From: Andalucia godoyi And28
Taxonomy: Eukaryota > Protista > Jakobida
Reading direction: 5' to 3'
NCBI GenBank assembly: GCA_009859145.1
Contig: VRVR01000013.1
Location: 272,786-336,785, forward strand
DNA length: 64,000 nt
This document shows, one piece after another, positions 31,559 to 41,000 of this stretch. The notes under the pieces are model-generated. The model ran no database searches. It was not told the origin of the DNA and worked only from the letters and a program-made list of their open reading frames with translations. The first letter of the stretch is position 1. Each line of letters starts with the position of its first letter. The position numbers and the translations under genes are program-made.

Positions 31559-32749
31559 CTATGGTTGCGGGTTGCGCAGCCACAGGAGTGTATTTCGTTC
31601 ACAGTGCGTCGCAAGATCGTCGAAAGGGATGCTGTAGAGCTCGGCAAGAACGGCTGCCACGGTCACAATCATAGCGGGTTCATTGCGGCCTTTCACGCAA
31701 CAGTGCGCGGACCACTTTTCCTTTTTCCGTACTTCAAAGCCGGCTGCCAGAGTCGTGGACAGGTGTGTGTCCTCTGGTTGTACTTGTGGTTCTTGTTCAC
31801 CTTGCTTCGCGGTTAATGCCCTGTTCGCTGCAGAAGCGGCCAACAATTTTGCAGAAGCGTGGGTCGGTCGAATGTCACACCACGGCGCATCGGTTTCCAA
31901 GAGCAGCCTGCTTATCGGCACATGTTCTCGGAGCACAGCCAAGTTCTCTTCTGTTCGGAGCGAACAACCATTCACACCGATCATCAAATGGAGAGGCTGG
32001 AACTCGACTACTTGTCGTGCGTCTGCAGCCGAGCCGTCGAATGAGTGCACCACCCCAGTTGTGATGTTGTGCTGACGAAACAGATCCGCGTGTTCGGTCA
32101 GGATCTCCAGCAGATCCGCGACACATCCATCACCTCGAGCATGCAAAAATAGGGGCTTTCCGGGCATATAGGGAACCACAGCGGACAGAATGGATCGAAG
32201 AACATGCGATTGCTCTTCCTTGGATGCAAATTCAACCCGGTCATAATCAAGCCCAACTTCTCCAATCGCCGCGATCTTCTCCAACCGCCAATCCTGCTCG
32301 CCCAAATCACGCAGCCCTTTCAAAAACCCAGCAATACGCACACACTCAGACTCCCCAAGCCTTGCACGCGTTGGATGGACTCCAACTGTCGTCCACATTT
32401 GCACACGCAATTCTTCATCCAGTCTTGGTTCGCATGCTTCCTGTTTCTCTCCAGAAGGAGGGGAAGACAAAGAAGAAGAAGGTGGTGAACTGCTACTGCT
32501 TGGCGGTTGTTCTGTACTGCAGCGCTCAATCATCGCTAGCGCTTCAAGAGTGTCCGACAGCCTGCCTGCTGTAATCACTATCCGATCAGCCCCCGCAGAA
32601 ACGGCTCGCCGAAGCACGTGGGAAACATCCGCCGGATGCGCCTGTTTGGAGTTGTATACGCCCGCAAACATGCAGTCGGTCAGATTTGCACCAATATCAA
32701 TAAACCTCTTCCCTCCTCTCTTCATCATCATTTCATCACGCTCCATCAA
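31559..32749 (-). CDS. TATDN1: TatD-family DNase (TATDN1-like)
   Basis: FIDIGANLTD, TTVGVHPT, IAAIGEVGLDYDR, PLFLHAR, GVVHSFDG, IGVNGCSLRT, LLLETDAPWC, KGRNEP. Confidence 0.93.
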   Translation of the reverse strand: MMERDEMMMKRGGKRFIDIGANLTDCMFAGVYNSKQAHPADVSHVLRRAVSAGADRIVITAGRLSDTLEALAMIERCSTEQPPSSSSSPPSSSLSSPPSGEKQEACEPRLDEELRVQMWTTVGVHPTRARLGESECVRIAGFLKGLRDLGEQDWRLEKIAAIGEVGLDYDRVEFASKEEQSHVLRSILSAVVPYMPGKPLFLHARGDGCVADLLEILTEHADLFRQHNITTGVVHSFDGSAADARQVVEFQPLHLMIGVNGCSLRTEENLAVLREHVPISRLLLETDAPWCDIRPTHASAKLLAASAANRALTAKQGEQEPQVQPEDTHLSTTLAAGFEVRKKEKWSAHCCVKGRNEPAMIVTVAAVLAELYSIPFDDLATHCERNTLLWLRNPQP

Positions 32750-33041
32750 TCATTACGCTCCATAAGGTATTACCCTCATCACAAACAATCAGCGTCACAC
32801 AACAATCATCATTCCAGATCTGACTACAGCCGATTCTGCACTCGTTCCGAGAGACTTCAACCCACCAATGTCGGCGAAATTGAAAAAAAACCGAGGACTC
32901 AACCGCAACAGCCGACTACAGTGCGTGGACTTGTTTCTCTCTGCGATTCATTTGACTGCCTTTTTTACTGTCTCACTTTTCATATTTCATGACTTGTACA
33001 ATATTATAATCAAATGCTGTTTTAGCTGACGGGCCGCGCCG

Positions 33042-35066
33042 ATGCTGTTCCTTTTAAAGTGCCTTGACGCATCTGGCTCGCAGAGTCTTCGCGAATGGTC
33101 TACAAATAGGAAGATAGCGAGCATGCAGCGTAAGCAGTCTGCGTTGTTAGCAGAGATGAACCGAGTGTTTGCGTCGCCCCCGCCGTTCGAAGCGCTGGCA
33201 AGCTGCACACATGGGTCAATTGGGCTGCTTGAAGACCGAGAAGGCGGGTCGAGGATCACGACCATTGCAAACCGCCCTAATCGAACAGTTTCTCCAACAG
33301 AGGGTCTTCGGGTGATTGTGAGTTCCAGCGTTAATGCACAGGGGATCGCATCGAGTCTCGGCATCTCAGTTGATGAATGGGCTAAAGAAAAGGTGCTTGT
33401 GTACCATCTGACGCTGGCATGGATCAACGGCGTCCCTTTTCGGTCAACACCGTCTTACGTTCCGAACCGAAGGACCGCAGCCAGCTCCAAGGTGCAAGCA
33501 GGTGCGTTCGAGGATGTGGTTATGAAGAAGGTGCCTGCTGTGGTGAATGTCTCGTACCTTGGGCCGCAGCACTCGGTCACTCGGTCAACCCGCATCGCGC
33601 TTCGGGCGAATGTTAGGGATCAAGCGGCAAATGTTTATTTCTTGGATGACTGGATTCCTTTGTGGGAGACCGTCTTGTCTGAACAGTCGAGGCTGTTCAG
33701 CACTTCAGCACCCGTCGCCAATCCAAACGCACTGCTTGCTTCCCCGCCTGCCTCCAGGAGTTCCTTTTCCAATGCTCCCTTTCTGGGAGCGTCATCGTCA
33801 TCTCAGCCTTCGTCTGCTCGATCGAGCTTTGTTGATCCGTCGTCAATGGACGCTTTCCAACCACGCCTGCAAGGTGGCTCACAATCACAATCACAATCAC
33901 AATCACAATCATACCACCATCAACAGCAGCAGCAATCTCAGTCCGCAAGAAGCTCGATCATCGGAGGAAGTGTTACACGCTCGTATCAAGATGGTGAGGG
34001 TGATGATGTATTTGAAGAAATATCAACTGTCTCTCCGCTTGGAGTGTCTCCTATTATGTTGACCGCCTCCAATTCGACTGGTGAGTCGCAGCAACTTCAT
34101 TCATCTTCGACCTCGCCATCGCAAACGCCATCGCAACAATCATCATTATCATTATCACAATCACAATCACAGTCACAGTCACAGTCACCGGCACAATCGC
34201 AATTGCATGCTTCTCCTCCGCCGTCGAATTCATCGTCCTTCTCGTCTACAACTTCCAATTCAAACTACCCTGCTGGAGCGTCCGAGAGCAGTCAAGGATC
34301 GGAATCAAAAGTCCCTTCCAGGTCTTCCTTCCCATCCAGTACTTCGCAGCATATTTCCGCGACTCCCGAACAATCGAAAACGCAACAGCATCTGGATGCT
34401 CCGCCTCCTGCCACTCCCATCCATTCACAAACAACAAGACCTCCAGGCCCACTTGCCCAGAAACCAGTTGCACTTCCCATTGTTGTGACTTCCGCGAGCA
34501 ACTCGGCAGCGGTGTCGGGTGTGCAATTGGTGCTTGCCGAAGTGCTCGTTGTGAGTTTTCGCAAAAGCGACGTTTCCGCTCCGACAAGGAAGAGGGATCC
34601 AACCGCGTATGCGTCTGGGTTTTCCCGCTCGTCCCCGTTTGTTGCTATCGGCTCCTCTCAGCTCTCCATTCCTTCACACCATCAACTTAGCTCTTGCACG
34701 GAGTGGCTTCGCAACCTGATCCAGGAAAAGGAGGTCGCGCGTGCCGAGAGAGTCCGCCTGCAACGGCTGGCCGTCGAAGAGGAAGAGCGCCGCAGAGCGC
34801 AATGCGGAAAGATTGGAAAGTATGCAGCGTGGCTGTGCAGAAGTTGCGGACTGGGGCCGAAGGCCACGCACTGCGTAGTCTGCGACCAGTGGGCTCCACA
34901 AGGACATCGAGCAATGCTTTGTTTGGACCACGGGTTTGGGTCACGAGCCAAGAACTGCGCGAAATGCGGCAAGTTTGTTGGTGGTGCAGAAATCCCAGCT
35001 GTGTTGTGCAATGATCACGGCTATGGAGAGAAGTCGAGCAACTGTGCCGCAATGTACAAGATATAA
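33042..35066 (+). CDS. Hypothetical protein with C-terminal PHF5-like triple zinc-binding repeat
   Basis: C-terminal LCRSCGLGPKATHCVVC / LCLDHGFGSRAKNCAKC / LCNDHGYGEKSSNC; S/Q-rich middle. The 5' end is uncertain: a possible first exon 32868-32920 (GTGCGT donor) splices in phase to TAG 33109. Confidence 0.75.
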   Translation: MLFLLKCLDASGSQSLREWSTNRKIASMQRKQSALLAEMNRVFASPPPFEALASCTHGSIGLLEDREGGSRITTIANRPNRTVSPTEGLRVIVSSSVNAQGIASSLGISVDEWAKEKVLVYHLTLAWINGVPFRSTPSYVPNRRTAASSKVQAGAFEDVVMKKVPAVVNVSYLGPQHSVTRSTRIALRANVRDQAANVYFLDDWIPLWETVLSEQSRLFSTSAPVANPNALLASPPASRSSFSNAPFLGASSSSQPSSARSSFVDPSSMDAFQPRLQGGSQSQSQSQSQSYHHQQQQQSQSARSSIIGGSVTRSYQDGEGDDVFEEISTVSPLGVSPIMLTASNSTGESQQLHSSSTSPSQTPSQQSSLSLSQSQSQSQSQSPAQSQLHASPPPSNSSSFSSTTSNSNYPAGASESSQGSESKVPSRSSFPSSTSQHISATPEQSKTQQHLDAPPPATPIHSQTTRPPGPLAQKPVALPIVVTSASNSAAVSGVQLVLAEVLVVSFRKSDVSAPTRKRDPTAYASGFSRSSPFVAIGSSQLSIPSHHQLSSCTEWLRNLIQEKEVARAERVRLQRLAVEEEERRRAQCGKIGKYAAWLCRSCGLGPKATHCVVCDQWAPQGHRAMLCLDHGFGSRAKNCAKCGKFVGGAEIPAVLCNDHGYGEKSSNCAAMYKI

Positions 35067-35235
35067 TAGCATATAGCATATAGCAAAAAACAACAAAGCA
35101 AAAAACAACAAATCACCCCACAAACGAATTTTTAATGAAAAGAATAAATGAAAGACGAGATCATCCGTGAAAGGGATGCAAATGAAACTTGGGGCGCAGA
35201 AAAACAAAAAGGTCGACGAAAATCGGAAAAGTAGA

Positions 35236-36678
35236 TCATGGCTTCCAGAACTGGCTCATATCAATTTCCATGTAGGCATTGTTGCAAGCACCAGACCACT
35301 GCGCACCGCTGAATCGTTCCCACGCTGCATAGACCACTCCGGCATTCAGCGCAGGGTGGAACACGATGCTCATGATATTCTCTCCCGATTTGACGCCGAG
35401 CGCACTTGCAATGTCCACTGCATCGGCGTCCGCAATCTTCGTACCCGATTTAGCGAAGGCAGTAATGAGCTCATTCTGAAGTGCATATCGAGCATAGGAC
35501 TCATTGAACTGAGACGAATTGAGAGTTTGCGTGGACTTGATGGTCGGATCAAACACGTTGTTCGAGCGATAAACCGCTTCCGTGATCGGAAGACTTTCAC
35601 GAGGATCATTGTCATCAAAGAACGCATTCATCGTGGAGATGCTCTCCACTGCAATACCGCGCCCGTCTTGGCAGGATGTGATCCCATGGTTCACTGCCAC
35701 AGTGTCGCGCATGGAGTGGAAGATGGAGATGGAATCCGCAATGTCGTGAGCATAGTGGAGAACAGAGCGAAGGCGATACAGCCACGGAGTGCCCAGATAC
35801 GTGTTCTTCTTGTTCATCAAATTCATCTGTTGCACAGTGACTCCGTATTTGTTGACGCCAGCCAAAGCCCCAACTACGCCAGCATATCCAATGACGGCGT
35901 ACGTTCCATTGTATACGGCAATGAGCTTGCTGTTCGCAATGCCCGTCCGGGACATCCAGTCCAGATTCCTCGACGACAAAACCTGTCCACCGACCGACCG
36001 ACTCCCCCAAACTGCAAAGTAGTCGCAGCCAAACGTGCGAATCTTCTCGAGGCTCCCCACAAATTCCGGAGTCAAGAACCTGCGAATGTTTCTGTTCTTC
36101 GGCATCAAAAATTCAAACCGAGGATCAAAGTGTTCGCGGTTGTCCGTCGTCCGATCCGCGAGTTCTTCAATCAGAATATCCCCCCATACTCTGTTGTCCC
36201 CCGGCATGTTTGCCAGTCCAACAACGGCAGCGACGCGCGACCCCAAATTCTGGTACCCCTGTGTCTTACCGCCGTCTTCTATTCCTCTGATTTCATCTAG
36301 GTATTCCTGAGGCGTGTACTTTGCCAAAAAGTCGTGGAACTGCCACAGGAAGAAGTCGCTCAGAGCGTCTCCTTCAATTCCAAGATGCACCGCAAACTTT
36401 AAAAAGTCAACGTATGTCTGGTTAATTTCCTTGGACAGCAATCGACCATAGTCGTATCCCATGTCGTAAAAGCTCGACCCGTGGAGGTCCACAACTTTCA
36501 AAGGGGACTCGGGATACCCTGTTCCAGCCGCAGTCGTCACTTGGTACAGTGTCGAAGCACGAGAAGATGCCACTGGAACATAGCCGGTGGGCCGCACGAT
36601 GGAAGAAGCAGCATACGAGACGCTGCACACCGCAGCAGCAGCCAAACAAACAAGCACTGCAGCACACTGCACACGCAT
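35236..36678 (-). CDS. Secreted/lysosomal Ntn-hydrolase (peptidase C45 / acid-ceramidase-like), about 480 aa
   Basis: Signal peptide MRVQCAAVLVCLAAAAVCSVSYA; autocleavage nucleophile motif FG|CDYFAVWG; SRNLDW; GYAGVVGALAGVNKYGVTV. Confidence 0.85.
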   Translation of the reverse strand: MRVQCAAVLVCLAAAAVCSVSYAASSIVRPTGYVPVASSRASTLYQVTTAAGTGYPESPLKVVDLHGSSFYDMGYDYGRLLSKEINQTYVDFLKFAVHLGIEGDALSDFFLWQFHDFLAKYTPQEYLDEIRGIEDGGKTQGYQNLGSRVAAVVGLANMPGDNRVWGDILIEELADRTTDNREHFDPRFEFLMPKNRNIRRFLTPEFVGSLEKIRTFGCDYFAVWGSRSVGGQVLSSRNLDWMSRTGIANSKLIAVYNGTYAVIGYAGVVGALAGVNKYGVTVQQMNLMNKKNTYLGTPWLYRLRSVLHYAHDIADSISIFHSMRDTVAVNHGITSCQDGRGIAVESISTMNAFFDDNDPRESLPITEAVYRSNNVFDPTIKSTQTLNSSQFNESYARYALQNELITAFAKSGTKIADADAVDIASALGVKSGENIMSIVFHPALNAGVVYAAWERFSGAQWSGACNNAYMEIDMSQFWKP

Positions 36679-37104
36679 TTTGCCAAACAAAACGTACCAA
36701 TGAAATGCTGTCGAACCGAATCGGTCTTGTGAAGCGAAGGGAGGTCAAAAAAAAAAAAAAAACACACACTGCGGAAAAGGAGAAGAAAGAGAATACTCGA
36801 AAAACGAAACCACGAACTACAAAGACGGGCATGGAAAGAAGGAGAAACTAGGAGGGGGGAAAGGGACCCTAAAGATCGGGAACTTTCGGAGGGAAGTTTT
36901 TCCTTCAAATTGATTCGTTTCCTCTTGCAAGGCCGCTCTGATCTGACAGTCATGTCATCGGCTGTGACATGCGTGCGAGCACAGCCTTCCATTCTGGGAC
37001 GGTGGGGATTCTCCAGTGTGAAAACGAAAACAACGACTTGCGAAAAAAGAAGACACGAGTCCAAGAGAAATGAGAAAGCATTTCCCCTTCCCTGAGGCCT
37101 GAGC

Positions 37105-37521
37105 CTACACAGTGCCGAGGTTCGCAACACGTTCGGATAGTCTGTGGTACATATTCTTGTAATGAAGATTCAAAACGCACCATTCAAGGTACTCGTTTCG
37201 TCGGCCAAAGTAGTCCTTGCCGTTCATCCACGCATGCTCAAACAAGTCGATCGCCGCGATGGCCGACCTCAAGACTCGTCGCGATTCTTGCTCATCCGTA
37301 TTCGGAGGAACATGAACAAAGCACAGACCATTCCGGCCTCCTCCTCCTCCAGCTGCTGTTGCTGAATCCGGCCTTTGATGCTTCTGTGCACATATGGCAA
37401 GAAATCCGAGTGAAAACAAGCTCGTGAGCTCCATGCACGTGTTCAGCAATTCCGCTGAATCCAACCCGAGTGCCTCCAATCTGGTTTTGTAAAATTGCCA
37501 TTCCGATTGCTCGCTGTTCGT

Positions 37522-37555
<34 letters not shown>

Positions 37556-37848
37556 GTGTCACTGTACTTGTGCTTCTGATTGCCAGAGTCAAGAAGCACA
37601 GAAGAGAAGAACAATGCATGCCAGTCTCGGTCGAGATCGTCCATTTGCGTCGTCATCGCTATATGTTGGCTCCATGTTTCCTTGTCTTGCGCAGCCACGG
37701 TCGCAAACACGGGCACAGAAGTGCTTGCGACGAACACACTCGGCTCACCGTCCGTTCCAGAACACGGCGGACAACGACACTCGGATGGATTGCTCGACAA
37801 GTGCGAAAAAAGACGCTCCAATCGATGCACAGACTTCGAAGACATCAT
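37105..37848 (-). CDS. Hypothetical protein with N-terminal PTS2-like nonapeptide, about 247 aa
   Basis: ORF between A-rich spacers; RLERLFSHL at residues 9-17 from ATG 37848; poly-D insert; no family securely recognised. Confidence 0.65.
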
Positions 37849-38097
37849 CAAGAACGCACACATTCCAGCGAACACCCAGCACCATACAGACCAGCGCACA
37901 ACAAAAAACAAAAAAAAATGCCATTGTTCAGCACTTAATCTTTAGATTTCGCGTATGATTACGACTGGCTGTTGCGAGAAAAAGGCGGGGGCGAATAAAG
38001 GAGGCGATACGTTTATATAACGATATCTGTACTGTACACATGTAATTATAAATTAGGACTGGAAAAAATCAAAAAAGAGGGGTTGGGTTGAATACTG

Positions 38098-41000
38098 CTA
38101 TAAAAAAGACAGTGGCACTCTGGGCTCGTGAATGGCCATGGGACCGGGTCTGTAATACGCTTTGGATTGGGCTGCGTGAGAGGAAACGTCTCGTGCAAAG
38201 GGTGCTGTCTCCGGACAGCGCAAGAAATGAGATTGGTTCTCCTTGAGCTGGAGATCGGAATGCCGAATTTGCTTCTTGAGATTTTCTTGAAAGTCCTTTG
38301 CTCGAATCCGTCGAATCATGTTTGCTCGGCGTAGCCAGAACAGAAAGACGCGGTCCATCATCTTGTTTCGCACGCGAATTCGCATGTCAGTGGAAGCTTT
38401 GGTTTCCCGCTTGTTTCTCACAACAACTTCACGCCACTTCCGAATGACGCGGATCATCAGATCGCATTCAAAAGCCTTGAACTGCGGACGCAAAAACGAC
38501 AAGAACCGCTGGTTTTGCGCTTGCATAGCGGTTTTGGTCGATGGTATGTGCACGAGGATTCCAGATGCGGATCTGATGTGGCTCGGAGAAGGCGCATGGC
38601 TTGTCTCGTGGAGGGATAAGGACGATTCTTTCGAACGAGGATCTGTTGAATTGGACAGTTTGGCAATCCGTTCCATAGACAAGACTGTGGACTTTGGATC
38701 AAGCGTTCCGGACTGCTTCTTGGACATTCGGCCAAAGTAGAATTCGTCGGCCGCGGACTGGAGTGCCGCAATTCTCTTACGGTCTGCAAACCGCAACCTC
38801 CACTTCGAAAATGACCTCTTCGTGATGCCCGGACGGGCTAAGTGGTCCGCCGCAGCCTTGTCCTTCCGGTCCTCTTTCCGCCTGTGCACAAACAAAATCC
38901 AGGATATCACGCACCGATGCTGAAGACGGCGAGCACGAGCTTCCAGCAACGCTTTCCTCTTCTTGTACATGGAGGATTGTGCACAGGTATACTGCTTCCA
39001 TGTGCGCAGGCAGCGTAGAGCAAATTTCCAGGCTGATCGCTGACGTGCGAGGCGCACGCATCGATTGAGCAGAGTGCGAGTTTTCCACAAGACAAATGAC
39101 CTCTTCACTTGCATGCGCCGGTGAATTTGTGCCGGTCGAGCGTGACAACTGTCCGCAGTGGACTCTCGCCAGTTTCGAAGAATGACCCGAGCAATGACAT
39201 CGGTTCTCTTCAAAGACTGCCAAAACCGTTGTTTCCAGATCCGAAGAGCACGGGCTGCGGTTTGTCGGCCATTGATCATCGAAATGAGGGTCTTCCGACG
39301 GCGAACGAAATCCTTCCAGGCAAGGAAGCATTCGATCGACCGTCGGTACACACGTCGCACAGCGAAGGCTTGGACTTTCACACGATTCTCGACACTCGAT
39401 TTCCAGAAGCGGAACGATTTTCCCAGGAGAGCACACACTCTCCAGTTAACAGCAATGTCCTCTTGGTACTGCCGGAATCTATGGAAATCAGATTTTCGGA
39501 CGTGTTTTCTCCAGCCGCGAAACGCCATACGAAGGACATCCTCATTTTCAAGCTCTTCTGGATATTCAAACAACCGGAAATTCCAAAACATGAGCGCTCT
39601 GTTGAACACCCGCTTCACTAGCTGTCGATTCCCCAGTCGAGATTTCCACAGATGCCAACAATAGTGAATCTTCCGTCCATGACTCTTTGACTGCACTGAT
39701 CTGATGATGTGGGCTTCCAATCGCCGTCGTAAAGCGAATTGTTTCCAGACCGTCATCACCCTTCGCAGATGGCGATGCGAATCTACTTCAATGCTGCGAA
39801 GCGTCTTTATCAGCAATTCTCGCTTCAGCTGCACAAGCTTCTTGAGACGGCCAAGGTATTTTGCGAGATAGATCTTTCTGTAGCCGATGGTTCCCAGGGC
39901 AACTTCCGTCTCTGCCAGCCTCCGCGAAATGGATCGCCACCAAAAGAAAACGTCCATTATGTCACGGTGCTTCATTTTCTCGGTCAGCGAATGCAGACCC
40001 TCGACGCGACGCTTGGCCATGTCGCGCCACTTGGGCAGCATTCTCTTCATGACAATGCGCAGCATCATCTCATTGGACTTCCTTCCGACATAGCGTTCCA
40101 GGAACGCATCATACCAAATAGCAAGGCAAGCACGTCCAAGTTTGTTTCGATAAAAAAGAGTTGCTTGCTGCAGCAACGAACGATCGGCAACAGGGGTATC
40201 TGATTTCGGCAAGTCCTCCTTCAACATCATCACGAACATGGCAGCGTGTGCAGGAGAAAAGCTCGGTCCAATCATCGGGTTTCCGTCAATCTGCGCCTTT
40301 GCCTGGCATGCCACTCTTCCATAAGACTTGAGCGTGGGCATAAGCTCTCGGATATCCGTAACAACATTCGGAAACGTGAACGACGGTGCGGACACTGGAC
40401 AGGATGATGCAGTGTCGGGCGTGTATTGAGAAATGGACATTCCAGCGCCGCCGGGCTTTGAGGAGCCTGCCGACGAAACGCGATCGTACGAAATGGGTGC
40501 CCTTTTAGGCAAGGAAAGTGCTGAGGAGATTCGTGGCGGAGGTGCTGGCTTGCTGCTGCTGGTCACGGAAACCGGAGTTGGTGCCAATGAAGAGACTGTG
40601 GACGCTTCATCGTCTCTGCGGCTCTTAATGGGCTTAGGGCGCATAGATTCTGCCCGGCGCACCACAGACGCGTCTGCGTGATGCAGTCGGGTCGCGGGTA
40701 TGTTATGTACACTTGAAGTCCGGGAAATGGGACCCACATCTCCAGCGCCTCTCTTGAGAATATGGGAAACACTGTCCGTTGACGATGTGCCAAGATGCTC
40801 GAGGAAATCCTCAACAGTTGAGACATCAGTTATGGTGGCGTCCTGAGGCGACAGTGACGGGATTCCCTTGTTCTCGCGGAATTCTCGACGAAGGGCCGAC
40901 AGCTTTGCAGTTTCGTCGCCATGGCGTAGATAGAATCTCGAAATCAACCCGGAAAAAGCGGACGAAGCGGAGAAATTGGTATCGAGCGTTGCAGCCCCCG

